DNA of 34,802 nucleotides, taken from a virus (Duplodnaviria; Caudoviricetes). Of the stretch, positions 24,799-34,069 are shown in pieces. The position numbers and the translations under genes are program-made. Position 1 is the stretch's first letter; each line of letters starts with the position of its first letter. The stretch spans positions 1-34,802 of IMG/VR virus record IMGVR_UViG_3300048576_000499; one strand, written 5' to 3'. The notes under the pieces were generated by a model. The model saw only the letters and a program-made list of their open reading frames with translations, made no database searches and was not told the DNA's origin.

Positions 24799-26916
24799 AT
24801 GGCTGGCAACGGCAGCGTCAACGCGGAACTCGTCATCCGCATCAAGGATGGCACAGCCCAAGGCGCCGGGGCGGTCGTGCGCGGGGCCGATCAGACCGCG
24901 CAGAAGATGGCTACCGCCTTCGAGCGCGCGGCCAAAAAAGCGGCGGATGATGCCGAGCGGTCGAGCAACCGCCAGCGCGGCAGCTACGAAAAACTCTCCC
25001 AGGCCAGGGAAGTGCTCGGCATCCGCTCCGAGCGCGCCATCCAGCGCGAAATCCAGCAGACCGAAGCGGCGTACAACCGGTTGGCCAGCTCGGGCAAGGC
25101 CTCGGCCAACGAGCTGGCCGCCGCGCAGGAGAAGGTGCGGCAGAAGGTCACGCAACTGACCAACGAAATGGGCAAGCTGACCGCCGCGCAACGCAAGGCG
25201 GCCGAGGAAGCCGCCCACCTGGAACGCGGGCAGAAGGTGCTGCGCACTGGCGCCGCCGTCGTCGCCGGGGTTGGTGCGGCGGCCTATACCCTCAAGGCGC
25301 CGGCCATGGCGGCGATGTCGTTCGACGAACGCCTGGCGCACATGGCCAACACGGCCTACGCCGAGCGCGACGTGGCCGGACGCAAGATCGGCATGCAGCA
25401 GTTGGAGGCGGCCATCAATCGGGCTGTCGGCAAGGGCGGCGGTGGCACGCGCGAGCAGGCCGCCGAGACGCTGGACACCCTGATCGCTTCCGGTGCGGTC
25501 GGCAGCCAGGACGCCATGGCCATGCTGCCGCAGTTGATGCGCTTTTCCAGCGCCTCGGGGGCGAATCCCACCGAACTGGCCGGCATCGGCATCCGCGCGA
25601 TGCAGACCTTCAAGATCGGCGCGGCCGATCTGCCGAACATCATGAACATGGCCATTGCCGCCGGACAGGCGGGCGGCTTCGAGCTGAAAGACATGGCCAG
25701 ATGGTTGCCGCAGCAGATGGCGGCCGCCACCATGTCCGGGCTGTCGGGCCGGGCCGGCTTCGCCAAGCTGGCGGCCTTGAATCAGGCCGCCGCGATCACG
25801 GCCGGGACCAAGGATGAAGCCGGCAACAACGTGGTCAACCTGCTGACCAAGATCAATTCCAGCGATACGGCCAACGATGCCAAGAAACTCGGCATCGACC
25901 TGCCGAAGTACCTGCAGGACCAGCGCGCCAAGGGCGTGGATTCCGTCGACGCTTTCGCGGCCTTGGTCGACAAAACGGTGGCCGGCCGGGCCGACTACCA
26001 GGCGTTGCAGAAGCGATTGAAATCGGCCGGGACCGATGAGGAAAAGCGCGCCACCCTGGAGAGCATGGCGACCGTCGCCCAGGGCGCGGGCATCGGCAAG
26101 CTGGTGCAGGACCGGCAGGCCATGATGGCCCTGCTTGGCCTGATGAACAACCGGGACTACATGCAGGAGGTGCTGGGCAAGGTCAAGGCCAACGATGTCG
26201 CCACGAGCGGCGCCGGGGATCAGAACTACGAGATGATCTCCGGCACAGGGGCGTTCAAGCTGCGGCAGGCGGAACAGCAGAAGGATATCGGCCAGAAGGC
26301 AGCCATGGACAGCCTGACCCCGGCGATCAGCCGGGCGGCCGAGGCGTTCGCCGATCTGGCCGCCAAGCATCCGTTCCTAGTGGGCGCCACCACGCTGGCC
26401 ACGACGGCGCTCGGCGCGCTGGCCGGCGCCGCCGGCCTGGCGTCCGTGGCCATGGGTGGCAAGGTGCCGGGCGTCGGTGCCATTGGCCGGGCCGCCGAAT
26501 GGGCGACCGCCGGCCGCTTTGGTCAAGGGGCGATGCGTCTGGCCAAGGTCGGCGGCATCGCCGGCGTCGGCGCGATGGCGGGGGACTATGTCTTGGACAA
26601 GGCATTCGGCGAGGAATCGGCCATCACACGCTACGGTTCGAGAGCCTTGAACGGTGCGGCGCTCGGCGCTACTGCCGGCAGCTTCATTCCTGTTGTCGGA
26701 ACGGGTATCGGCGCGCTGATCGGCGGCGGTCTTGGCCTGGCCTGGGAGGGCATCAAAGACCTGTTGAAGCCGGCCGAGCAAAAACCCGTCGACGTCAATG
26801 CCAGGATGACCGTCGGGCTGGCGCCTGGCTTGGTTCTGCAAAACCAAACCATGCAGACCAGCGGCGGCAACGTGCAGATGAATACCGGTAATTTCTGGAC
26901 TGGGGCACCCAGATGA
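24799..26916 (+). CDS. Tail tape measure protein
   Basis: 705 aa Ala/Gly-rich helical protein; AGQAGGFELKDMARWLP core; synteny. Confidence 0.92.
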   Translation: MAGNGSVNAELVIRIKDGTAQGAGAVVRGADQTAQKMATAFERAAKKAADDAERSSNRQRGSYEKLSQAREVLGIRSERAIQREIQQTEAAYNRLASSGKASANELAAAQEKVRQKVTQLTNEMGKLTAAQRKAAEEAAHLERGQKVLRTGAAVVAGVGAAAYTLKAPAMAAMSFDERLAHMANTAYAERDVAGRKIGMQQLEAAINRAVGKGGGGTREQAAETLDTLIASGAVGSQDAMAMLPQLMRFSSASGANPTELAGIGIRAMQTFKIGAADLPNIMNMAIAAGQAGGFELKDMARWLPQQMAAATMSGLSGRAGFAKLAALNQAAAITAGTKDEAGNNVVNLLTKINSSDTANDAKKLGIDLPKYLQDQRAKGVDSVDAFAALVDKTVAGRADYQALQKRLKSAGTDEEKRATLESMATVAQGAGIGKLVQDRQAMMALLGLMNNRDYMQEVLGKVKANDVATSGAGDQNYEMISGTGAFKLRQAEQQKDIGQKAAMDSLTPAISRAAEAFADLAAKHPFLVGATTLATTALGALAGAAGLASVAMGGKVPGVGAIGRAAEWATAGRFGQGAMRLAKVGGIAGVGAMAGDYVLDKAFGEESAITRYGSRALNGAALGATAGSFIPVVGTGIGALIGGGLGLAWEGIKDLLKPAEQKPVDVNARMTVGLAPGLVLQNQTMQTSGGNVQMNTGNFWTGAPR

Positions 26917-28070
26917 GCTGGACTGATCGCCTTTCCCGCGCCTCGTTCCGCGACTTCGAGTTCCTGACCGACAGCCACGACGCGAACGGCGGTCGCCGCC
27001 TGGTGGTGCATGAGTACCCCGGCGCCGATACGCCCTTGGTCGAGGATATGGGCGGCAAGGCGTGGGACTGGAAGCTCAACGCCTATTTCATCGGCCCCGA
27101 TTACGACCTGGAGCGCAATGGTTTCCTGGCCAAGCTGGCCGAGCCGGGGGCGGATTGGCTCAACCATCCGTGGCTCGGCCGGCTGTGGGTCCGCGCGCGT
27201 TCTTGGTCAGTTCAGGAGAGCAACGAAAAAGGCGGCTTCTGCGCGGTCGGCATCGAATTCGTCGAGGGCGGCGAGACGGTGCAGCCGACGCCGGACAGGG
27301 TCGACGTGGCGTACAGCCGTATTACCACGCTGGCCGACGTGGCGGTGGATGACTTCAGCCTGGAGTCGATGAGCGCGGACGGCATGACGGGCTTCCTGGC
27401 GGCCGTGCAGCAGAAGCTGGAGACGCTGCGGCAGGCGATTTCCCTGGCCACCTTGCCGCTCACCTGGGCCAGCCAGGTGCAGAACCTGATTGCCGGCGTG
27501 AAGAACGATCTGGCGACGTTGATGGGCCTGCCGGCCGCCTATGCCACGGCCCTGCGAGGGCTGGCGGATGTCCTGGGCGGCGGCGCGGACGATCACGACG
27601 TGGCCGACACCGAACGGCCGCGCGTGGTGGCGCGGATCTCCAAGGCCGCCACGGCGCGGGATGCCGTCAAGCTCACTGGCGTGGCCGCCACGGATGGCGC
27701 GGTACGGCGCAACCTGATCCGCGAAGAGGCCTTGCGCAGCCGGCTGCTGGTGACCGCCGCCGCTCAGGTGGCGATGGCGGATTACCAGGCGGAGGCCGAC
27801 CGGGATGCGGTGTTGGGGAGTTTCGTGACGGCCGTCGATACCCTGCTGCCGAGCCTGCCGGACGAAGTTTTCCAGGCCGCCGTGAACGCCCGCACGGCCG
27901 TGATCGAGGCGCTGCTGGCGCAGGACTTGAAGCCGGCGGTCACCCGCAACGTGGTATCGCCGCTGCCGGCCATCGTCCTGGCGCATCGGCTGGAGGTGGA
28001 TGAATCGGTGTTCCTCGCGCGTAATGCCGTGCGGCATCCCTTGTTCTTGAAGGGTACGGTGTATGGCTAA
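26913..28070 (+). CDS. DNA circularization protein (Mu gpN)
   Basis: W.DRL..ASFR...F, GGRRLVVHEYP, VEDMG, L.HPWLG, N.VRHP.F. Confidence 0.92.
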   Translation: MSWTDRLSRASFRDFEFLTDSHDANGGRRLVVHEYPGADTPLVEDMGGKAWDWKLNAYFIGPDYDLERNGFLAKLAEPGADWLNHPWLGRLWVRARSWSVQESNEKGGFCAVGIEFVEGGETVQPTPDRVDVAYSRITTLADVAVDDFSLESMSADGMTGFLAAVQQKLETLRQAISLATLPLTWASQVQNLIAGVKNDLATLMGLPAAYATALRGLADVLGGGADDHDVADTERPRVVARISKAATARDAVKLTGVAATDGAVRRNLIREEALRSRLLVTAAAQVAMADYQAEADRDAVLGSFVTAVDTLLPSLPDEVFQAAVNARTAVIEALLAQDLKPAVTRNVVSPLPAIVLAHRLEVDESVFLARNAVRHPLFLKGTVYG

Positions 28071-29124
28071 CGTGACGGACACCGCCCAGGTCGAACTACG
28101 CTTCGATGGCCAGCGCTACGGTTATTGGCAGCGGGTCGACATCCGGGAATCGGTGGACGATCTGTGCGCCTCGGTACGGCTCGCGATCACACGGCCGGGC
28201 ACCGGCGCGGAGGTGGAAAGCCGGCTGGGGCTGACGGCCAACACGGTAGCCGACGTGCTGATCGGTGGCGGCCTGGTGACCACGGTGCGGCCGGACAACG
28301 TGCGCCGCAAGGTCGATGCCGACAGCCACACGATCCACATCGAGGCGCGCTCGCTGGGCCGGGAGCTGGTGGATTGCCAGTATTCGCAGACGCTTTCCGG
28401 CTTGAAGCTCGGCGAGATCGTGAAGCGCATTTGCGGCACCTTTAAAGTGCCTGTGCAGATCGCTACAGAGACGGCGGTGGTGCCGGATTTTTCGATGCAG
28501 TGCGAGATCCCGGCCAATGCCTTGATCAACGCGGTCCGGGCGGCGAACCTGCTGCTGTACCCGCTGCCGGACGGCGGCCTGATCCTGACCCAGCCGACCA
28601 GCGCTGCGCCGGTTGCCTCGCTGGAATACGGGGTGCACATCAAGTCCTACGAGGTGGTCGACGAATTCAAGCTGCGGTTCTCCGACTACGTCATCAAGGG
28701 GTACAACTACGCCAGCGACTCGGCGTTGAAGGGTGCGGTCAAGGATAACGGCCTCGATTTCTTCCGCCCCATGCACATCGTCGCCGACCGGCATGGCCAG
28801 GGGCTGGGCGGCTGTGATCGGCGGGCGAACCTGGAGCGCAACCGGCGCCTGGCGCGCGCGCATCGCATCGAGCTGGAGGTCCAGGGCTGGCAGTATCTCG
28901 ACGCCGATGGCCATTGGCAACGGTGGGCGATCAACACTCAGGTGCGCGTCATCATCCCGCAGGAAGGCATCGACGGCGTGTTCCTGATCGGCGAGCTGTC
29001 GCGCCGGCTGGATGACAGGGGCGGCCGCGTGACGATGCTGCAGGTGATGCACCGGAATGCCTTCGTCGGCGAAGAGAAGAAGAAGGCCAAGCGCGGGGCC
29101 GGAGTGAAGGGGGCGCGAAAGTGA
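28063..29124 (+). CDS. Baseplate hub (Mu gpP/gp44)
   Basis: YGYWQRV.I, LVDC, RFSDY.IKG, V.GW...W.IN..V. Confidence 0.88.
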   Translation: MANVTDTAQVELRFDGQRYGYWQRVDIRESVDDLCASVRLAITRPGTGAEVESRLGLTANTVADVLIGGGLVTTVRPDNVRRKVDADSHTIHIEARSLGRELVDCQYSQTLSGLKLGEIVKRICGTFKVPVQIATETAVVPDFSMQCEIPANALINAVRAANLLLYPLPDGGLILTQPTSAAPVASLEYGVHIKSYEVVDEFKLRFSDYVIKGYNYASDSALKGAVKDNGLDFFRPMHIVADRHGQGLGGCDRRANLERNRRLARAHRIELEVQGWQYLDADGHWQRWAINTQVRVIIPQEGIDGVFLIGELSRRLDDRGGRVTMLQVMHRNAFVGEEKKKAKRGAGVKGARK

Positions 29125-29648
29125 TCGGCCAAATCTGGAACCGGCTGCAACTGCTCTTTGCCCACGGCGTCGGCTTGCGGATCGGCGCCGATAAGGTGCA
29201 GGCGCGTGTGCTTTCCGAGGAACCGCTCTCCAACCTCAACCGCATCGAGCCGTATGGTTTTTCCTACCGGCCCAAACCCGGCTGTCAGACCTATCTGCTG
29301 TTCCCGTCCGGCGACCGTTCCTACGGCGTGGCCATCGTGATCGGCGACAAGCGGTATCAGGCCGATCTCGTCGAGGGCGAGGTAGCGCTACATGACGATC
29401 AGGGACAGAAGGTGCATCTGACGCGCGATGGCATCGTGATCGACGGTGCCGGCAAGCCGGTGACCTACATAAACACGCCGAAGGTGCGCATGGAGACTCA
29501 GCTGCTTGAAGTGACCGGCGAGGTCAAGGACCGTTGCGATTCCTCGGGCCGGACGATGAGCGGTATGCGTGCCCTTCACGACAGCCATACCCACCACGAA
29601 AACGATGCCCACGGCGAGACGAACACGCCGACTCAGAAGATGGAGTGA
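29121..29648 (+). CDS. Baseplate spike (Mu gp45)
   Basis: EPYGFSY.P, GDRS, EGEVALHDDQGQ, C-terminal HTH-H metal-binding motif. Confidence 0.9.
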   Translation: MIGQIWNRLQLLFAHGVGLRIGADKVQARVLSEEPLSNLNRIEPYGFSYRPKPGCQTYLLFPSGDRSYGVAIVIGDKRYQADLVEGEVALHDDQGQKVHLTRDGIVIDGAGKPVTYINTPKVRMETQLLEVTGEVKDRCDSSGRTMSGMRALHDSHTHHENDAHGETNTPTQKME

Positions 29649-29650
29649 TC

Positions 29651-30061
29651 ATGCTGAAACTGGTGCAGACGTCTTGGGGGCGTTTCGATCTGGAGGCGGA
29701 CGATCCGGCCCAGGCCGACGCCGATGCGGCGGCGGCCACGCTGGTCTACGGCGTGCTCTACACCGATGCCGAGGCGCCGTCCGGACGCGTCGACGACAGC
29801 TTCGACCGGCGCGGCTGGTTCGCCGACCCGGACGCCGGCAGCGGTCTGTGGCATGTGCGCCGGCAGCCGTTGAACAGCGCCGCGCGGCGCGAGGCGCTGG
29901 CCATGGTGCGCACTGCCTTGACCACACGGGCACCGGCCTTGACCGACGTCGAGGTCACGGAGGTAACGCTATCGGAGCCGGCGGGAAACATTTCCAGCGT
30001 GTTCCTTGAGGTCACGGGTTTGCACAATGGACGCAAGTTCCTTGTGCGAGCCGCGCTGTGA
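29651..30061 (+). CDS. Baseplate protein (Mu gp46)
   Basis: LYTD, RRGWFAD...GSGLW. Confidence 0.85.
   Translation: MLKLVQTSWGRFDLEADDPAQADADAAAATLVYGVLYTDAEAPSGRVDDSFDRRGWFADPDAGSGLWHVRRQPLNSAARREALAMVRTALTTRAPALTDVEVTEVTLSEPAGNISSVFLEVTGLHNGRKFLVRAAL
29981..30028 (+). promoter_or_regulatory. Internal late promoter inside gp46 (box 29984-29995, -10 CACAAT)
   Basis: GGAAACATTTCC with the same spacing; about 30 nt upstream of the baseplate J start. Confidence 0.65.
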
Positions 30062-31104
30062 CCGCCTACGCCCGACCCAGTTATCCCGACCTGCTGACCC
30101 GCATCGCCGCCGATCTGGCCGCGCTGCCAGCGGTTTTGCGCGGTCCGTTGTCCGTCGCCTGGGCGCGCGCCTGTCACGGCGAGCATGGGCATCTGGAGTG
30201 GGTCGATAAGCAATGTTCGCCGCTTACCTGCGAGGAAGAACGGCTTCCCGATTGGGCTACGCTCTACGGCGTGGATCGGCTGCGCGCAACGGCTGCCACG
30301 GGGCCTGTGCTGGCCACCGGCACGGCGGGGACGCAAATTCTGGCGGATACCCTGTTGCGCGGCACCAACGGGCTGGATTACACCGTGTTGACTGCCGTAG
30401 TGCTGGCAGGCGGTACGACGGCGGTGTCGATCCGTTGCAATACTACGGGTAGCGACGGCAACCTGGCCGCCGGGCAGACACTGACCCTGATCGACATCAT
30501 CCCCGGCTGCGATAGCACCTTGACCGTTGATGATGCCGGCCTTACCGGCGGCGAGGAAGAAGAGGACGTTGACGACTGGCGTGAGCGCGTGGCCGATGAG
30601 TGGCAGACGGTGACCACACGCGGCGCCCGGTCGGGCAAAGACGAGGATTACCGGGCCTGGGCGAAGAATGCGCATCCGTCCGTGACCGGAGCGCTGGTGC
30701 AGCGTCATGTCTTGGGTCTGGGCACCGTGCTCGTGCGGCCGATCTGCAACGGCCTGACCGACCGGAAGCCGTCGCAAGCCGTGCTGGACGCGGTCTCCGA
30801 GTTCCTGCTGGACATCGCCCCGGCGAATGCGGACTGGCGGGTCGCCGCGCCGATCAAGCGCGCCGTGAATGTCTCCCTGCACCTGCTGGCAGGCTATGAC
30901 ACCACGGCCAACCGGGCCGCCATCGCCAGCGCCGTCAGCGCGGCCGTGCTGGCCGAAGAGAGCGAGACGTCGCTGCTGGCCATGGCGGAACTCGACGCGG
31001 CGATCGCCACTGTGACGACGCAATACACGCGCCTCGCGCCGACTGCGGACATCGAGGTCGAGGCTGGCCAAGTGCTCGTGCTTGAGCCGATTGCCTGGCT
31101 ATGA
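30058..31104 (+). CDS. Baseplate J-like wedge protein (Mu gp47)
   Basis: AATG, G.DGNL.AG..L, GG...E....R.R, G...DY..WA. Confidence 0.9.
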   Translation: MTAYARPSYPDLLTRIAADLAALPAVLRGPLSVAWARACHGEHGHLEWVDKQCSPLTCEEERLPDWATLYGVDRLRATAATGPVLATGTAGTQILADTLLRGTNGLDYTVLTAVVLAGGTTAVSIRCNTTGSDGNLAAGQTLTLIDIIPGCDSTLTVDDAGLTGGEEEEDVDDWRERVADEWQTVTTRGARSGKDEDYRAWAKNAHPSVTGALVQRHVLGLGTVLVRPICNGLTDRKPSQAVLDAVSEFLLDIAPANADWRVAAPIKRAVNVSLHLLAGYDTTANRAAIASAVSAAVLAEESETSLLAMAELDAAIATVTTQYTRLAPTADIEVEAGQVLVLEPIAWL

Positions 31105-31679
31105 AGCTCACGGCGCATACCGCGCGCGAGTTCGCCGATGCCATCGCCGCGCTGCTGCCGCCCGGCGCAGCCTGGGACTGGCCGGCCGGTGGCCTGGGCG
31201 ACGGCATGCTGCTCGGCACGGCCGTCGAACTCGCCCGCGTGGATGCCGAGGTCCAGGGCGTTCTGGATAACGCCATCGAGACGCATCGGCCGAAGGTTGG
31301 TAGCTGGCATATCAGCGCGTATCGGCAGGTTGCGGCGGAGGCCCTGGGTGGATTGACCGAGACGATGCCGCGCCAGACGTTCGCGGTCGGCAGTCACGTC
31401 GGTGACCGGGTATGGAGCCACGCGGCGCCGGAGACGACGTTTCCGGTCGAGCTGGCACGGATCGACCACCTGGTCGGGCCGTTGCGAGTCGGCAGCCATG
31501 TCGGCGACCGGGTGTGGGGTACGCGCGGCCGCTACGTCATGCAGGTGCGCTACTACCGTTCGGTGGTCAATCCGAAGGTGCTGTGGGATGCCCTGATGGC
31601 CTTCAAGCAATCCCATGTGTATCTGTGGTTCGAGGACATTACAGGAGTCGGAGGCGAGGTGAACTATGGACAGAATTGA
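31101..31679 (+). CDS. Baseplate wedge protein (Mu gp48-like)
   Basis: ALLPPGAAW, ELARVD, twice-repeated VGSHVGDRVW, KQSH. Confidence 0.8.
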   Translation: MKLTAHTAREFADAIAALLPPGAAWDWPAGGLGDGMLLGTAVELARVDAEVQGVLDNAIETHRPKVGSWHISAYRQVAAEALGGLTETMPRQTFAVGSHVGDRVWSHAAPETTFPVELARIDHLVGPLRVGSHVGDRVWGTRGRYVMQVRYYRSVVNPKVLWDALMAFKQSHVYLWFEDITGVGGEVNYGQN

Positions 31680-32466
31680 CGGCGCCGGGCATGTGGACCA
31701 CATGTTCGTGGTGGAGGATGTGGCCACGAGTCGGCCGCCGACCGAGATCACGGCGGAATGGCTGAATGGAGTGCAGGAGGAAAATCTCGGGGTTATTGAG
31801 GGTAGTGGGCAAACGCCGGACGGGGCCGACAACCTGCAGGTTTTCAAGGGGATCAAGATAATTTCCCGAGGGAATCTCGGGGCCGTCAGTGCTGCAGGCG
31901 GTACGGCTGACGCGATCACGGCAGTCTATGACCCGGCGATTACCGAGCTGATCAACGGCATGACGCTCTACGTTCGCGCCGCCTCGGCGAACGCGACGAC
32001 CACGCCGACCTTCACGCCGAACAGCGGCTCCATCGCGGCCAAGCCCCTCGTCAAGGGGGCTGGCGCAGCGCTGAGCATCGGCGATATTGCAGGCAGTGGG
32101 CACTGGCTCAAATTTCAGTACGACGCCGCACTCGATAAATGGGTGCTGCTCAATCCGGCAAAGGGCGTTACCAGCGGACTCGGCGTTGATCAAACTTGGC
32201 AAAGCGTTATAGGAAGTCGGGCATTAGCGACCACCTACACGAACACAACGGGAAAGGCGATTTTTGTTTCCGCTTCGGCATTCCACTCTTCAACGGCGTC
32301 CGGATCAATTCAATTCACGGTGAACGGAATCCTCACTGCGGCAAATAGCTCAAGCGCCGTAAATACCATTTCCAGTTGCTGTTTCATCGTTCCTCCTGGC
32401 GGCACGTACTCGGTTACATGGAGCGTCGCTGGGGCAACGTTGTCGGCATGGAACGAGCTTAGATAA
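31666..32466 (+). CDS. Short tail fibre
   Basis: MDRID...T.ITAEWLN.VQEE...VIE..G.TP N-terminus; GLGVDQTWQ.V..SR....TYTNTTGK.I.V...FIVPPG.TY....W.ELR C-terminus. Confidence 0.88.
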   Translation: MDRIDGAGHVDHMFVVEDVATSRPPTEITAEWLNGVQEENLGVIEGSGQTPDGADNLQVFKGIKIISRGNLGAVSAAGGTADAITAVYDPAITELINGMTLYVRAASANATTTPTFTPNSGSIAAKPLVKGAGAALSIGDIAGSGHWLKFQYDAALDKWVLLNPAKGVTSGLGVDQTWQSVIGSRALATTYTNTTGKAIFVSASAFHSSTASGSIQFTVNGILTAANSSSAVNTISSCCFIVPPGGTYSVTWSVAGATLSAWNELR

Positions 32467-32481
32467 GGAGTGAGGTGGGAA

Positions 32482-33003
32482 ATGAAATACTTTAAAGACG
32501 ACTCTGGAAGCGTGTTCGCCTATGCCGCCGATGGTTCTCAAGACGATTTCATCGCCGCAGAACTGACCCCCATCACGGAAGCGGAAGCCGATCAGCTACG
32601 CAAGCCGAAGCTCTCAAAGGCGCAGGTCTGGGAATTTATCAAGGCGGAGCGTGACCGCCGCACAGAATACGGCGGCTGCCTCGTCGACGGTCGCTGGTAC
32701 GACACGGACTCGCGCTCGGCGCTGCGCTACAAGCTGCTCGCCGACCAGGCCGCCGCTGACGGCGTCTCCGACGACACTGTGGTGCGTGCCGGCTGGCGGC
32801 CACTGGACGTCGAGCAGAAAGGTGAGGTCGACATGACCTACGGTCTGCTCAGGCGCATCATGGCCGCCGGCATCGCGGCAGCGATGGCCATCGACGACGC
32901 CGCAGAGCAACACAAGGCCGCCATGCTTCGCAGCGCCGACCCGGCCGATTACGACTACTCGGGCGGCTGGCCGGACGCCTACGGCGACGAGGCGGTGCAA
33001 TGA
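32482..33003 (+). CDS. Tail fibre assembly protein (DUF4376-like)
   Basis: MKYFKD..G.VFAY.ADGSQD, IKAERDRR..GG..V.G.WY.TD..S, YDYS.GWP. Confidence 0.8.
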   Translation: MKYFKDDSGSVFAYAADGSQDDFIAAELTPITEAEADQLRKPKLSKAQVWEFIKAERDRRTEYGGCLVDGRWYDTDSRSALRYKLLADQAAADGVSDDTVVRAGWRPLDVEQKGEVDMTYGLLRRIMAAGIAAAMAIDDAAEQHKAAMLRSADPADYDYSGGWPDAYGDEAVQ

Positions 33004-33743
33004 CCTGGATCGTCGGCACCTGCCTGCTCGCACTCGCGGTTTTGATGGGTGCGACGTGCGCTGCGGCCTACGCCTGCGGCCGTACCGCAGTGCTCCATGG
33101 TGCGCCGCAAGCCGTCGTCTCGGAGTGGTTCCGGCGCGGTGCGGCCCTGTACCTGCGCGAAATGCCGATCAACCTGCTCGGCTTGATCGTCGTCGCCATC
33201 GCTCTGCCATTCCGAACATCGGACGCATCGACGTCGGTTCCATTCACGCTGTACCCGGAGTTTGGGAACTGGCAGAGGGTCAACCTACCGGCCTGGGCGG
33301 AGCGCTGGGACAACCCGTGCGACGGGATGCTTGGCGACAAGCGAGGATGGTTCGCCAACTGGTGCGCTGCACGCGGCTGGCGCTATCCGTCATGGCTCAG
33401 TATGTGGTGGTGGGCCGCCGTGCGCAATCCCGCGAACTACTACTCCCGCGTCACGACGGCCATCGATATCACGGGCGCCACGTTGCGCATGCTCGCCGGC
33501 ACCTCATCACAGGCGTCCGAAAATGAGTTCGGCTGGCACTTCATTACGGCCGAGCGCGACGGCCAGGTGCTCGGCTGTTTGTTCCAAGCGGCAGTCTTGT
33601 ATCCGTTCTCCAGCCGGTACGGCATCTACTGCCGCTTCGGGTACAAGCTCGAACTCGACGAGCCGCAGACTCAGGCGAACGACCTCTATGACCGGCTCCG
33701 GTCATCGGTCTGGAAATTCTCACCCTGGAAGGATTTGTCGTAG
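33000..33743 (+). CDS. Trp-rich membrane-associated hypothetical protein
   Basis: N-terminal hydrophobic segments; LP.W...WDNP.DG..GD, WWW.AVRNPAN, RFGYKL. Confidence 0.7.
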   Translation: MTWIVGTCLLALAVLMGATCAAAYACGRTAVLHGAPQAVVSEWFRRGAALYLREMPINLLGLIVVAIALPFRTSDASTSVPFTLYPEFGNWQRVNLPAWAERWDNPCDGMLGDKRGWFANWCAARGWRYPSWLSMWWWAAVRNPANYYSRVTTAIDITGATLRMLAGTSSQASENEFGWHFITAERDGQVLGCLFQAAVLYPFSSRYGIYCRFGYKLELDEPQTQANDLYDRLRSSVWKFSPWKDLS

Positions 33744-33749
33744 AAGAAG

Positions 33750-33843
33750 ACGGTGCGACCGTCCGGGGTGCGGGAACACCCTGGGCGGCCACCTCCCGCA
33801 GCTACTCCTGCGTTTAGCCAAGGCACCGTGCTGTGCACACAGC
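33750..33843 (+). ncRNA. Candidate multi-stem structured RNA upstream of com
   Basis: Three-way junction plus a trailing hairpin, paired by eye (see findings). Confidence 0.5.
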
Positions 33844-33874
33844 GGGCCGGAGGCTATCACCGTAGGAAGCAAAC

Positions 33875-34069
33875 ATGGAAGTCATCCGTTGCGGTAACTG
33901 CAACAAGAAACTGGCGGAAGCGGACTACATCCGCCTGTCGATCAAATGCCCCCGCTGTGGGGCCATCAACCAAATGAAGGCCGCGAGCCGCGAACAAGAG
34001 CGCCCTGGAGCGTCCGTCCGAAAGGGGACACTCCATGGAAAGCAAGCATCCGCAGCATCCGATCTTTAA
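33875..34069 (+). CDS. com: Com-family zinc-finger translational activator
   Basis: IRCGNCNKKLA......IKCPRCGAIN; overlaps the start of the downstream DNA-modification gene as in Mu com-mom. Confidence 0.88.
   Translation: MEVIRCGNCNKKLAEADYIRLSIKCPRCGAINQMKAASREQERPGASVRKGTLHGKQASAASDL
33998..34037 (+). promoter_or_regulatory. Candidate Com-responsive translation-inhibition hairpin
   Basis: Tandem GAGCGCC/GAGCGTCC; stem TGGAGCGTCC (34006-34015) / GGACACTCCA (34026-34035) covers part of the SD and the A of the ATG. Confidence 0.65.

Noticed and set aside
20025-26370. Long minus-strand ORFs (516, 751 and 585 aa)
   Set aside because: They mirror the capsid, sheath and tape-measure genes; expected from high-GC codon bias.
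31380-31520. Repeated GTCGGCAG.CA.GTCGG.GACCGGGT.TGG
   Set aside because: Encodes the internal VGSHVGDRVW protein repeat of the gp48-like gene; not a CRISPR or recombination site.
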